Positions 10,038-20,473 are shown, numbered from the stretch's first letter. The stretch is DNA of 64,000 nt from Candidatus Adlerbacteria bacterium (GCA_003135635.1 PLCJ01000001.1:8836-72835); one strand, 5' to 3'. The notes: generated by a model not told the origin, from the sequence alone. Program-made: numbers and translations.

Positions 10038-11117
10038 TTAGGCGATTTCCTGCAAACGCCGCAGCGCAAGGCCTACCGCAACAGAAAACTCTGGTCCTGC
10101 TTCTTTAAGAACACCTTCCAGAAATGCTGGCGCCTGTGTTTTTCCAAAAGGATCGGCAAGTCGAATTTCGTTTTGTAACTTACTCTGTGCAAAATCTTTA
10201 AGCCCCTTGAGGGTGGCGCTTCCTCCGGTGACCACCATGGTGCTGAGCGATTGGTTCATGCGCTGCTCGTAGGCAGCAATGGTGCGTGATACCTCCGACA
10301 GCAAGGGTGTTACGGAAAGAGCGAGCGTCTGAGTAAGATCGGGGCCCCCCTCCGGCATAAGGCCAAATTTTCTCTTGCGCTCTTCCGCTTGAGAGACACT
10401 AATATTAAGTGCACGGGAAGCGGCAAGTGTTAAATCTTGGCCTCCGTGATTAATAATATGGCTTTCGCGAATGAGTCCTCGTTCAACCACATAAAACTTT
10501 GTTGTCGCCGCGCCCATGTCAACCACTGCAACCGGCGCAATACCGCGATCAAGGGATGCTCGCACCGCACTAAATACTTCTATTTCAAAAAATGCTAGGG
10601 TAAGTCCGGCATCGCTGACAATACTTTTGAATTTAGCGATGGTATCGTTGTGTATGGCGACTAAAAGTACTTCAAGCTTACTTCCTGGCGTTGCTTCTTT
10701 GCCTCCGCCGGAGAGTACAAACCAATCAAGTAGTACTTCATTTATGGGAACTGGAATATACTTGCGTGCTTCAAGGGGTACCACTTGTGCAAGCTGCTTT
10801 TCGACAGACGCGGGCAATTTCAATATCGAAATAAGGCTCAAGGCATAAGGAATGGAGATTGCTACATCAGTAGTGGTGACACGCGCTTCACGAATCACAT
10901 CTTTAAGCGCTTCAGCGATCTTTTCAGTAGGCAAAGAGGTTGCACGACCAATTTCAAGACCGGCGTATGGCCCAAGGGCGATAGCACCATATGTTTCAAG
11001 TATCACCCGTCCATGTTCACGCCTGAGTTGTACCACCTTGATTGAAGAAGTGCCGACATCGACCCCAATGACACTCTTTTGTTCTTTGGAGAATAATGAT
11101 GAAAAAGAAAAGGCCAT
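10038..11117 (-). CDS. pilM: type IV pilus assembly protein PilM
   Basis: Actin-like fold motifs IGVDVGTSSIK, VDMGAATT, VTGGSA, AVGLALR; probable start MAFSF at 11117. Confidence 0.93.
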   Translation of the reverse strand: MAFSFSSLFSKEQKSVIGVDVGTSSIKVVQLRREHGRVILETYGAIALGPYAGLEIGRATSLPTEKIAEALKDVIREARVTTTDVAISIPYALSLISILKLPASVEKQLAQVVPLEARKYIPVPINEVLLDWFVLSGGGKEATPGSKLEVLLVAIHNDTIAKFKSIVSDAGLTLAFFEIEVFSAVRASLDRGIAPVAVVDMGAATTKFYVVERGLIRESHIINHGGQDLTLAASRALNISVSQAEERKRKFGLMPEGGPDLTQTLALSVTPLLSEVSRTIAAYEQRMNQSLSTMVVTGGSATLKGLKDFAQSKLQNEIRLADPFGKTQAPAFLEGVLKEAGPEFSVAVGLALRRLQEIA

Positions 11118-11254
11118 CAGGGAGTAGTATACCACTGTGTAGAAAGAGATTTGTGGCTCTAGGGCCTTCTGGTGTATACGTTTTCCGTCAGACTGAGTAT
11201 CTGGTACATTTATGAAGCAAAGGAAAGAATTACGTGGTTGTTTCGTCATTACCT

Positions 11255-11785
11255 ATGGAGCATAAAGATAAAGAAGAGGAGTTTCGGGAGGTATTCGAAA
11301 AACACTCAGATGAGTTATTTCGGCACTGCCACCTGCGCCTCTCTGATCGAGAGCGAGCGGTCGAGCTCACGCAGGAGACCTTCCTGCGGGCGTGGGAGTA
11401 CGTCTCCAAAGGAAATGTGGTTAAAAATTATCGACCTTTTCTCTATCGCATTCTCAACAACCTTGTTGTAGACGAATACCGTAAGAAAAAATCTCAGTCA
11501 CTGGATGCCCTTCTTGAAGATGAAGAAACAGTGGTTTCAATCGAAGGAGAATTTCTGCGGGATGAATCCGATGCGCTTGAAGCCGCTATGATTCGGTTTG
11601 ATGCGGCTCATGCTATTGAGGCTCTAAAAAAACTTCCCCAGCAGTATCAGGTTGTTCTTATTATGCGCTACGTTGATGGCTTTTCTTCTACGGAAATTGC
11701 CGCATATATGAAAGAAAAAGAAAACGCGATCGCGGTGCGCATCCACCGGGGCCTTCGGAAACTACGCGATATGCTTGAACTATAA
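11255..11785 (+). CDS. ECF-type RNA polymerase sigma factor
   Basis: ELTQETFLRAW and FLYRILNNLVVDEYRKK (sigma2); IHRGLRKLR HTH (sigma4). Confidence 0.92.
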   Translation: MEHKDKEEEFREVFEKHSDELFRHCHLRLSDRERAVELTQETFLRAWEYVSKGNVVKNYRPFLYRILNNLVVDEYRKKKSQSLDALLEDEETVVSIEGEFLRDESDALEAAMIRFDAAHAIEALKKLPQQYQVVLIMRYVDGFSSTEIAAYMKEKENAIAVRIHRGLRKLRDMLEL

Positions 11786-11790
11786 AAAAC

Positions 11791-13053
11791 ATGAATGATT
11801 TTGAAACACAACTAAAAAAAGAAACCTCAACACTTCGTCTTTCCTATGAAGAAAAAGAGCGTATGCGTGGAGTACTTGAGGAGCAAATCGTGCATCATCC
11901 TCTGCGGCCCGTTGCTTCTCCATACCAAGCACGATGGCCTTTTCCCTCGCGCGCAGTAGCGGTTTCTTGGGGTATTACGCTGGGAGTGGCTCTCATGAGT
12001 GGCACCGCCTATGCCGCGCAAGGTACCCTACCTGGTGATTTGCTCTACCCGATAAAGATCCACGTTACCGAACCAGTCGCCGGAGCCTTAGCGATTTCTA
12101 CACAAGCAAAAGCTCAGTGGAACGCGGGTGTGGCTCAGGAGCGGGTGCAAGAAGCAGAAAAACTTGCATATAAAGGTGATCTGACCGCAAGTGCTACCCA
12201 AGAGATACAAACTAATTTTGATATGCATGCTACTCAAGCAATCGCTCTAACGCAGAAGCTGAAAAAAGATAATCCCTCGCAAGGGTTGCAGCTCTCTGCA
12301 CAGCTAAGCGCATCGCTTGAAGCGCACAGCCTCGTACTTGAAAGCGTGGCTCAAAACCAACAAAATCCTGCTACGAGAGAGAATGCAAAAAATATAGCGG
12401 AGCAGGTGCAGATACAAGATGCCGTGCTACAAGAAACGGGGAATAAGACGGCATCGTCTAGTCTTCCCCTTCTGCAGACACAGGAAATAGCCACTTCCTC
12501 GCGTGCGTCAAAGGATACTACTGCAGTAACTATAAGAGAAAAAGCAGTGGAGCAACTTTCTTTGGTGGAAGCTAATTTTAATCTTCTACGCTCCTCTCTT
12601 AGCGCAACAACGACAGATGCGTTTGATGCGCGCGTTGCCAAAGCAAACCTATTGATAGAGGAGGGTGATACGGCTTCTACTACCTCTCCACAAACTTCTC
12701 GAGCCCAATATGAAGCAGCACTTGAAGTAGGAATCGTGCTTCAAACATTTCTTGACGCTAATAAAGAATTCAAGGGGGATATCCTTGTTCCGTTGCTGCA
12801 AAACGATACGCTACAAAATCTGATGATTCAGGGGGAAAAGAGCTCCCAAGGAGTTGGCCGTTATAATGAAAATATCTATCTGCAGCAGAAAACGTCTGAC
12901 ACTGCAACAACTTCAGCTCCTTTCATAAAGCTAAATACCTCAGTCAATATTTCATCTTCTACCGGAGGGAGAAGCGCGGATGCATCGGGTACTTTTCATG
13001 CTGATGGGCAGAACACTCTGCAAAATATTATTCAAGCGCTTCCCAGTAAGTAA
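11791..13053 (+). CDS. putative membrane anti-sigma factor (DUF5667-like)
   Basis: Directly follows the ECF gene; single TM followed by AYAAQGTLPGDLLYPIK...ERVQEA. Confidence 0.7.
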   Translation: MNDFETQLKKETSTLRLSYEEKERMRGVLEEQIVHHPLRPVASPYQARWPFPSRAVAVSWGITLGVALMSGTAYAAQGTLPGDLLYPIKIHVTEPVAGALAISTQAKAQWNAGVAQERVQEAEKLAYKGDLTASATQEIQTNFDMHATQAIALTQKLKKDNPSQGLQLSAQLSASLEAHSLVLESVAQNQQNPATRENAKNIAEQVQIQDAVLQETGNKTASSSLPLLQTQEIATSSRASKDTTAVTIREKAVEQLSLVEANFNLLRSSLSATTTDAFDARVAKANLLIEEGDTASTTSPQTSRAQYEAALEVGIVLQTFLDANKEFKGDILVPLLQNDTLQNLMIQGEKSSQGVGRYNENIYLQQKTSDTATTSAPFIKLNTSVNISSSTGGRSADASGTFHADGQNTLQNIIQALPSK

Positions 13054-13155
13054 GGTAACGCTCTTTAGATCAAACTTCTTGACTCTCCCACCAACTCTTA
13101 ATACCCTAGTGCCTAGATGACTCAAAGGTAATTATAGCTAGCTCAGGAGGTTCCC

Positions 13156-13497
13156 GTGCTCAAGATTCAACATGGCGTATCTACCTTTTATACTCCCTAC
13201 CGCGTGGTGCAGCACGATCATGTCGATGTTGGTTTGCAGTTCATCGAGGTTCTGGAGATTCCTCCCGGGGAGATTATTCTTCACGAATACAACCCCCGCA
13301 CCGGCTCAAGCTTCTCCGAGTGGGATACGCTGGATCATGCAAAGCAAGCATTCTGCGCTCGTCCGAGTGGCGGACAAAAGGACGGCTACAGATTCTTTCC
13401 AAAACTCTCTGGCTTCATACGTCTTGTAGAGTGCGGTGAGTCCCTTCCGTGGTTCTATACCCGACGGAAAGACAGGGTGGTGGAAAGCGTGTTATAA
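13156..13497 (+). CDS. hypothetical protein (ORFan cassette)
   Basis: AGGAGG SD at 13145-13150 before GTG; downstream terminator. Confidence 0.7.
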   Translation: MLKIQHGVSTFYTPYRVVQHDHVDVGLQFIEVLEIPPGEIILHEYNPRTGSSFSEWDTLDHAKQAFCARPSGGQKDGYRFFPKLSGFIRLVECGESLPWFYTRRKDRVVESVL

Positions 13498-13528
13498 GCG
13501 GTATGGAGATGTAATGTGTCTCTAACCC

Positions 13529-13569
13529 AAGGTCGCCAAGTCCAAAAGGAATGGCGACCTTTAATTTTT
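13529..13569 (+). terminator. intrinsic terminator
   Basis: aaggtcgcca...tggcgacctt stem followed by a T-rich tail. Confidence 0.75.
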
Positions 13570-13648
13570 ATGTGTTTCAGTTCCCTAAGTAACAGTAGTT
13601 CTCCTACTAGCGGAGGGGTTTGGATGGATTGGTTTATAATGAATCCTC

Positions 13649-14365
13649 ATGGAGCAAAATCAAAACGTTGCCGCTTCCAGTTTACAGCCAGGAACAAAGA
13701 TCATGGTTGATGGTGCTGTTTACGAACGTTTTCCCATAAAAGTGATGCGGCTCATTGAGTTCGGTGAGAACTTAGAGGACAATTTCAATGAATTCGTAAA
13801 ACCTTATTATAAAAAAGGAGACTGGGTTATGCTTTCGGAGAAAATTATCTCGATCTCTCAAAACAGAGTGCGACATATTTCCACGGTACGGGTGACCTGG
13901 CTTGCGCGGCTCATCACGAAAGGAGTGAAAAAACATAAAAATATGACTGCATGGTCAAAGCCGGAAAAAGTTCAGGTGGCAATAGAGGAAGCGGGCATTT
14001 ACCGCATTATTCCCGCCATGATCTTAGGCGGCATTGGAAAGCTCTTCGGCCTCCATGGCATATTTTGGATTATTGCAGGCGGCCGTGTTTCAGAGATCGA
14101 CGGTTTTATTCCGGAGGATATGTATCCCTATACTGAATGGGCGGTACTTCCTCCCCCCGATCCACAAAGAGTGTGCGAGGATTTAGAAAAAAAACTCGGC
14201 ATTCCTATTGCAACTGCAGACGCAAATTATATCGATGTAAAAGTACTGGGAGTAAGCAAGAGCGTCGGGCTTGATAAAAAAACCGTGCGACGAGTCATTC
14301 TCGACAATCCTCTGGGCCAAGGAAATAAAATGACACCATTCGTGCTGGTTCGAAAAATAAGCTAA
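13649..14365 (+). CDS. coenzyme F420-0:L-glutamate ligase-like amino acid ligase
   Basis: LSEKIISISQNR, IDG, ADAN and DNPLGQGNKMTPF motifs. Confidence 0.75.
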   Translation: MEQNQNVAASSLQPGTKIMVDGAVYERFPIKVMRLIEFGENLEDNFNEFVKPYYKKGDWVMLSEKIISISQNRVRHISTVRVTWLARLITKGVKKHKNMTAWSKPEKVQVAIEEAGIYRIIPAMILGGIGKLFGLHGIFWIIAGGRVSEIDGFIPEDMYPYTEWAVLPPPDPQRVCEDLEKKLGIPIATADANYIDVKVLGVSKSVGLDKKTVRRVILDNPLGQGNKMTPFVLVRKIS

Positions 14366-14378
14366 GCGTTATTTTACA

Positions 14379-15161
14379 ATGAATCTGCGAAGTAAGATTA
14401 AAAGACATCTGCCTTGGATATTCCTGTATATATATCGGAAGATTTACTACTTGCCCCAAGACTTTCCGGCCGCAGTCGGTTTTTTGCTCCATAGAACAAA
14501 GTCACCAACTACCCTCACGAGCCGTCTCTCCCTTATATACAAGTTCTACGCGATCTCTTACAAGGTTGACTGTCCCCATACCGAGCATGAACTTTTGACT
14601 ATCGCGAGACGGATTTTGAATCTCGGCACCGGAGTTTCCGGAGTGATTGTGGAGGCTGGAGCGTATCACGGAGGAAGCACCGCTAAACTTAGTTTGGTCG
14701 CTCGACTGTGTAGGCGGCAGCTGGCAGTTTTTGATTCCTTTGAGGGGATGCCGGGGAACACCGAGATGCATGGGAAAAGCATTTTTGGGAGAGAGCATCA
14801 TTTTCCAAAAGGAAGTCATGCAGTTACTCTTCAGGAAGTGAAGCACAACATCACCCGGTATGGCGATATCAATCGATGCCACTTCTATAAAGGCTGGTTT
14901 AGTGAGACTATGCCACATTTTAGAGATATGGTTGCCGCGGCATGCATTAATGTGGATCTCGTGCAGTCCACGAAAGACTGTTTACGCTACCTATATCCTT
15001 TAACACAAAAAGGCGGCGTCATTTTTTCCCAAGATAGCCACTTCCCGTGGATCATTGACCTCTTAAGTGATGATGCTTTTTGGGAACATGATCTGGGAAT
15101 TAAAAAACCAACGCTCGAAGGACTGGGCTCCTCTAAGCTCGTCGCCATTCCTATAGACTAA
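14379..15161 (+). CDS. TylF/MycF family O-methyltransferase
   Basis: GVIVEAGAYHGGS, FDSFEGMP, KGWFSET. Confidence 0.85.
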   Translation: MNLRSKIKRHLPWIFLYIYRKIYYLPQDFPAAVGFLLHRTKSPTTLTSRLSLIYKFYAISYKVDCPHTEHELLTIARRILNLGTGVSGVIVEAGAYHGGSTAKLSLVARLCRRQLAVFDSFEGMPGNTEMHGKSIFGREHHFPKGSHAVTLQEVKHNITRYGDINRCHFYKGWFSETMPHFRDMVAAACINVDLVQSTKDCLRYLYPLTQKGGVIFSQDSHFPWIIDLLSDDAFWEHDLGIKKPTLEGLGSSKLVAIPID

Positions 15162-15162
15162 G

Positions 15163-16497
15163 TCACTGCGGAAGTGGCGGGAGATATGATAAGGGATTGA
15201 GGTAGGCCTGAAGTGTCGCAACGGGCATCGTATAAATTTTGCCCAAGCAGTAGGGATTTTTAGTAGGCCATGAGGAAATCTCGGATCCTTGAGTGGCATA
15301 GACACCAAAGTGGAGGTGTGGGCCTATGGCGTACCCGGTAGTGTCGGAATATGCAATGACCTGGCCAGTTGTCACTTGTTGTCCCTGAGAGACAAGTATT
15401 GAGGAGAGATGCGCATACATTGTTGAAAGTCCATCATCGTGCTGAATGAATACCCATTTCCCAAAAGATGCTCCAGGGCATGTAAGATCTGTGTTACCTG
15501 TTCCCATCACGACTCCGCTTCGCGCTGCCATAATGGGTGTACCAGGACTCGCGCTCAAGTCGATACCATCGTGACCGTGACCGTTATAGATTTGTGGATT
15601 GGCTGTAGCAAAGGGAGTGTTGCCAAAATACTGAGTGATGATTGTGTGAGCAACTGGCCACTGGAGCACCCCGCTGCCGGCAGGAGGTAGTCCCCCTGGC
15701 TGTATTTTTAGATTCAACTGCGATTCATAATTTAGGAGACTTTGTTCGAACTGCGCCTCTTGGACTTTCTTTTGGGCGATAAGAGCCTGGTACGCGGATT
15801 CTTTGTTTTTGGTCTCTTGGAGTAATTGATTTTGAGATGCACGGGTGATAACAACGCCTTGTTTTTGCTCACTTAGATTCTGCTGCAAGACGGCAAGCTC
15901 CTGGCGCTTACTTTGAGCACTAAACTTATTCGCCTCAAGAGTGGTCTTAAGAGAGGAGAGCTCCTGTATCTTATTTTCCAAATCGATTCGGAGAGATGAG
16001 AGGGCTTCCGCTTCATTAAAAACAGACGAGAGCGTTCCCCCAGAGAGAAGCGTGATGATAAGAGGCTGAGCATCTAATATGTTAAGCTGGCGCAAAGAAC
16101 TTGCTACTTGGGCTTGAGTCTGGAGAACCCCTTGTGACGTCGTGGCAATACTGCCAGAGAGACCTTTGATCTGCAGATTTTTTTGATCAATCTGGAGATT
16201 CGTGAGCGCAATGCTTTTAGTGAGCTTCTGGATATTAAGATTAAGCGATGCTATCGCACTCTGCAGGGTCTGTTTCTGGCTGCTGGTGGTATTAAGTTGC
16301 GCCTGAAGCTGAGCCACTTCGGACTGGAGTGCTTGAAGTTGTGCATTTTGTTGGTCTATCTGTGTTTGAAGCGAAGAAGAGGCGGCCGTCTGAGCTTCCG
16401 ACCGAGGTACGAGAAAAAGAGATACTGTAGTAATGAGAAAAAGTAAGATGCCAAAGAGTATAAGAGGACGAGTTAAGAGAAATACGGCAGAGCGCAT
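15163..16497 (-). CDS. M23 peptidase with N-terminal coiled coil (murein hydrolase / EnvC-like)
   Basis: Signal/TM, long coiled coil, HDGID, YAHL and GPHLHF motifs. Confidence 0.92.
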   Translation of the reverse strand: MRSAVFLLTRPLILFGILLFLITTVSLFLVPRSEAQTAASSSLQTQIDQQNAQLQALQSEVAQLQAQLNTTSSQKQTLQSAIASLNLNIQKLTKSIALTNLQIDQKNLQIKGLSGSIATTSQGVLQTQAQVASSLRQLNILDAQPLIITLLSGGTLSSVFNEAEALSSLRIDLENKIQELSSLKTTLEANKFSAQSKRQELAVLQQNLSEQKQGVVITRASQNQLLQETKNKESAYQALIAQKKVQEAQFEQSLLNYESQLNLKIQPGGLPPAGSGVLQWPVAHTIITQYFGNTPFATANPQIYNGHGHDGIDLSASPGTPIMAARSGVVMGTGNTDLTCPGASFGKWVFIQHDDGLSTMYAHLSSILVSQGQQVTTGQVIAYSDTTGYAIGPHLHFGVYATQGSEISSWPTKNPYCLGKIYTMPVATLQAYLNPLSYLPPLPQ

Positions 16498-16619
16498 CTA
16501 TCCACTGTAAAGCCCTGTAGGAAACACCGCAACGTATGCCCATAAACTTAAGCAGACTTGCTGTAAAAAGAATTGCAAACTACTCCCCTCTCTTGCTACC
16601 ATAAAGTTCCACTGATTTC

Positions 16620-17750
16620 ATGAAATATCACACAAACTACATTCTTGTATCACTAGTTGTTATAGTCTCTTACTTTTCTATCCATAGCACAGCTCTCGCT
16701 CAAAGCGGTACTTCAGAACAAGACTACATTGAGAGAGCAAAAGTGCTTGAAGTGCTCTCCCAAGCGCAAAAAATTATTCCCGGCACCAATACCCAAGCGA
16801 ATTATCAAACGCTCAAAGCTCAGGTACTGGACGGGCCGGACAGCGGAAAAACAGTCACGGTTCAAAACGATTATCTCAATCTCACGCAAGGAGAGGAATT
16901 TTATCTGACCCACGTCATAGATCCACTGGATGGTATCGATGCATACAATGTGTCGCAACCGTACCGTTTACCTACAGTGCTTTTTTTCGTTGGTTTGTTT
17001 GTGCTTGCAGTCATTGTGTTTGGAGGAAAGCAGGGTGTGCGTGGACTCCTCTCTCTTATGGTAAGCATCGCTGCTATTTTCTATGTCCTACTGCCCGGTA
17101 TTTTGAATGGCTATTCACCGATACTTCTGAGTGTGGTGATTTCATCATTCATCGTTACCATGGGCTCCTATATAACGCATGGCTTCAATAGAACAACGAC
17201 CGCTGCTGTGCTGGGTATGATTATTACCATATGTTTTACTGGAGCATTAGCCTACTGGGCGGTACACGCAACGCAACTCTCCGGATATACCACGGAGGAA
17301 TCCACGTACCTTAATTTTGATACCGCAGGAAAAATAGATTTTGTCGGTCTGCTGCTTGGGGGTATCATGATAGGGTTACTTGGAATTTTGTATGACGCTG
17401 CGATAGGGCAAGCGGTGGCTGTCGAGGAATTACGTGCTGCAGCAGAGCACTTCTCGCGAGGGCAGGTATATAAACGTGCACTGCGCATTGGAAAAGAGCA
17501 TATCGGGGCTCTTGTGAATACTCTGGCAATAGCCTATGTGGGAGCGTCTCTCCCGCTGCTTCTGCTTCTGCATTTTTCCAATAGTTCCCTCAGCATAACG
17601 CTCAATCAAGAAATTTTCTCAACTGAAATTGTTCGCACGGTGGTGGGCAGCATCGGACTAGTCCTCGCGGTGCCTATTACTACTCTTATTGCCGTATATA
17701 TATTGTTTAAATGGCCAGTAGAAAGACTGGCTAAAAGTTCCAGTCATTAG
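16620..17750 (+). CDS. YibE/F family membrane protein
   Basis: IGLLGILYD, IGKEHIGALVNTLAIAY, EIVRTVVGSIGL. Confidence 0.9.
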   Translation: MKYHTNYILVSLVVIVSYFSIHSTALAQSGTSEQDYIERAKVLEVLSQAQKIIPGTNTQANYQTLKAQVLDGPDSGKTVTVQNDYLNLTQGEEFYLTHVIDPLDGIDAYNVSQPYRLPTVLFFVGLFVLAVIVFGGKQGVRGLLSLMVSIAAIFYVLLPGILNGYSPILLSVVISSFIVTMGSYITHGFNRTTTAAVLGMIITICFTGALAYWAVHATQLSGYTTEESTYLNFDTAGKIDFVGLLLGGIMIGLLGILYDAAIGQAVAVEELRAAAEHFSRGQVYKRALRIGKEHIGALVNTLAIAYVGASLPLLLLLHFSNSSLSITLNQEIFSTEIVRTVVGSIGLVLAVPITTLIAVYILFKWPVERLAKSSSH

Positions 17751-17773
17751 TGGCATTTCTATAACCTATAGAG

Positions 17774-18370
17774 TTATTTGTTTTGTCGTGCAGCTTTGAG
17801 TGCCTTTGCAAACCACAGCAGCTGGCTCAGCATGCTACCAGCACGCTCGACGACCGGTTTAAAGAGCTCTGGATTAGTGGGCACTTGCTCTTTCATCACC
17901 GCCATATAGACTTCCATGGGTATATGTACCGCGTAGCGTATAGGAGTCATCTGAAGCTCTATAACAACCTGCCTTAGTTGTTCAACGGCACGGGCTCCTC
18001 CTACACCACCATACCCAACAAACGCGACCGGCTTGTTATTCCATTCTACAAAAATTGAATCAAGCGCATTTTTGAGCACACCGGAATATCCGTGGTTGTA
18101 CTCTGGTGTGACAATGATATACGCATCAGCTTCACTTATCTTCTTTCCAAACTTTTTTACCATATTATCTGCGTAGTTACCCTTAGCCGCAGATGGAGGC
18201 GTCTCTTCCTCAAGAAAAGGAAGCGGATAGTCTTTTAGGTCAATGAGTTCAGCTTCAACCCTTTCCAATTTCTTCGCTTCCCCCAAAATCCAATGAGCGG
18301 GTTTGTCGCCGAACCTACCGTGACGAATGCTTGCGAGAATAACCTGAATCTTTATATGCGCGCTGTCCAT
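17774..18370 (-). CDS. NADPH-dependent FMN reductase
   Basis: TPEYNHGYSGVLKNALD, GGARAVEQLR. Confidence 0.92.
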   Translation of the reverse strand: MDSAHIKIQVILASIRHGRFGDKPAHWILGEAKKLERVEAELIDLKDYPLPFLEEETPPSAAKGNYADNMVKKFGKKISEADAYIIVTPEYNHGYSGVLKNALDSIFVEWNNKPVAFVGYGGVGGARAVEQLRQVVIELQMTPIRYAVHIPMEVYMAVMKEQVPTNPELFKPVVERAGSMLSQLLWFAKALKAARQNK

Positions 18371-18432
18371 ATAAAGATATTAGCATATACTTATAGCCAA
18401 GTAATGATCTCATAAAAGTGTAAAATATACCT

Positions 18433-18882
18433 GTGCACATTAAAGAACTTGGTCATGTGGTGTTGTACGTCTCCGCCCTTAAAAGATCGGCGAATTTTTA
18501 TCGCGACCTGCTTGGTTTTCAAGAAGTTTATCGAGGAGATGGCGTTGCGGTTTTTTCATCTGGACGGACCCATCATGAACTGCTCTTAATTGAAGTTGGC
18601 GGAGAACCAATCCGCAGGGGGCACCCCACCCCGGGTCTGTATCACATTGGGTTTAAGATTGGAGATTCTCCCAAAGAGGCGAAACAGGTATATCAAGAAT
18701 TAAAAGAAAAAGGCGTAGTCATCGTAGGCACCGGAGATCATGGAATTACTCATAGTATCTATATTCTTGATCCCGATGGAAATGAACTCGAGCTGTATGC
18801 GGATGTTTCCGATGAGTGGAAACAAAATCCAAAAGCCATCATGAAACCCGTTAAGTTGCTCAATTTAGAAGAGAAGATATAG
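18433..18882 (+). CDS. VOC/glyoxalase family protein
   Basis: GHVVLYV, FYRDLLGF, GLYHIGF, DPDGNELE. Confidence 0.9.
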   Translation: MHIKELGHVVLYVSALKRSANFYRDLLGFQEVYRGDGVAVFSSGRTHHELLLIEVGGEPIRRGHPTPGLYHIGFKIGDSPKEAKQVYQELKEKGVVIVGTGDHGITHSIYILDPDGNELELYADVSDEWKQNPKAIMKPVKLLNLEEKI

Positions 18883-18914
18883 CAGCTCCCCTTTCTTCCT
18901 TATATAATGAAACT

Positions 18915-19280
18915 ATGGAAGCTACTTCTGTGTCTGCGGCACCTTTGCTCTGCCCACAATGCCATCAGGTAGTTTCTCCGACCGCATATTATTGCTCAAA
19001 TTGCGGAAAGAAATTACATGAGCCACCATTCTCAACGAGCGCAGGGGCGCAGCTCTGGATATACGCGTTTAGCATTATCCTTCCCATTATTTGTTTTTTA
19101 GCGATAAGTTACTGGCCCGGGATAAAATATGTACGATCAGATGATCCGAAGGTAAAACAGATCGGGTATATTGCAATCGCTCTGGTGGTGATTTCAACGA
19201 TCATAACATTTTGGTACGCAACAGTATGGATTAATCAGCAGATTCAGTCATCGGTAAGCAGCATTGGGAGTCTAGGATAA
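18915..19280 (+). CDS. zinc-ribbon membrane protein
   Basis: CPQC...CSNCG followed by two TM helices. Confidence 0.75.
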   Translation: MEATSVSAAPLLCPQCHQVVSPTAYYCSNCGKKLHEPPFSTSAGAQLWIYAFSIILPIICFLAISYWPGIKYVRSDDPKVKQIGYIAIALVVISTIITFWYATVWINQQIQSSVSSIGSLG

Positions 19281-19418
19281 ATCTGAAAAATTTTTATTGT
19301 AAGAGCTACTTTTTGGACACGAAAATGCCTATGGGGTGTCAGTACATTACAAGATTCATTTTTAAGTGTACTATCCGGGAAGAAGATCTTCATATAGAGG
19401 ATCTATCCCACCAAGGAG

Positions 19419-20453
19419 ATGTTTATGAGAGACCTAAAGCAACACCCTATTTTTGAGGCTACAGACCCGACCCGTGGTCGATCGGTACGTATCTCAGCAC
19501 CATCTCCAAAGTGGCTTAATCCGTTTTGGAAAGATGGAGTGGTTATCCGTGCAGCCGGAATTCCGGGAGAGTTGCCCCATAGTAAATTCTACGTGGCTCG
19601 CGAACTTTTGCTGGGTGGCATCCTTGATGGATCAATCCTACCTGGTACCACCATTGTCGAAGCAACGAGCGGTAATACCGGTGATGGGCTTGCATTATTT
19701 TGCAAGGCACTTGGCTTACCAGTCAGACTTATCATATCGGCTGGCACGGTCGGATGGAAGGTGGATAAAATCCGGGTGATGGGAAGTGGCGTAGAAGTCG
19801 TACTAGATACCATCGCGGGGGAAACCACGGTTGAACGTGCCCGCCGGGAAGGTAAATTAGAAGGACACTACAACCCCGACCAGTATGCAAACCCTCTCAA
19901 TCCACTTTCGCACAAAAAATATTTGGCTCCGCAGCTCTTTAAGGCAGCGGAGGAAATAACTCTTCTTGCGGTTGCGTCAGGTACGATGGGCACTTCCATG
20001 GGCCTCAAGCAATATGCGGAGGAACAGGGTCTTCCTACCTACGTACTTGCTGTTATTCTCGAAGAGAAAGAAGAAGTTCCCGGCATTCGGTCGCTTAGTA
20101 AGATCAAACATGATATACGGCAGCCGTGGAAGAACTTTTTCACGCTTGAAGATCTTGAGTTCGTAAAGCGTCACGAATCGTTTCTTACGTCCTTTTACTC
20201 TTGGCGGTGGGTGCTGCAATCATTTGGCCCGAGCTACGGTTCAGCGCACTTCGGCGCGCTCAAACGCCTCTATAAAGCCAAACGGGCAGGGACGCTTGAT
20301 CGCTACCGTTCGAAGAGGAGTGGAATGGTTGAAGTGGTTGTTCTCGGCGCTGACACGAACGCTCCTTATCTCGACCTCTTCTCAGGAGAGCTCAAGGCTG
20401 AGGAACGACACACGGATAAGGAACCAGATCTTCTAAGTTTACTCGCGGCATAG
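19419..20453 (+). CDS. divergent PLP-dependent cysteine synthase-like enzyme (fold type II)
   Basis: IVEATSGNTG, DQYANPLN, SGTMGT; AAGGAG SD; own terminator. Confidence 0.8.
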   Translation: MFMRDLKQHPIFEATDPTRGRSVRISAPSPKWLNPFWKDGVVIRAAGIPGELPHSKFYVARELLLGGILDGSILPGTTIVEATSGNTGDGLALFCKALGLPVRLIISAGTVGWKVDKIRVMGSGVEVVLDTIAGETTVERARREGKLEGHYNPDQYANPLNPLSHKKYLAPQLFKAAEEITLLAVASGTMGTSMGLKQYAEEQGLPTYVLAVILEEKEEVPGIRSLSKIKHDIRQPWKNFFTLEDLEFVKRHESFLTSFYSWRWVLQSFGPSYGSAHFGALKRLYKAKRAGTLDRYRSKRSGMVEVVVLGADTNAPYLDLFSGELKAEERHTDKEPDLLSLLAA

Positions 20454-20473
20454 ATAGTCCTCTACAAAGACTC

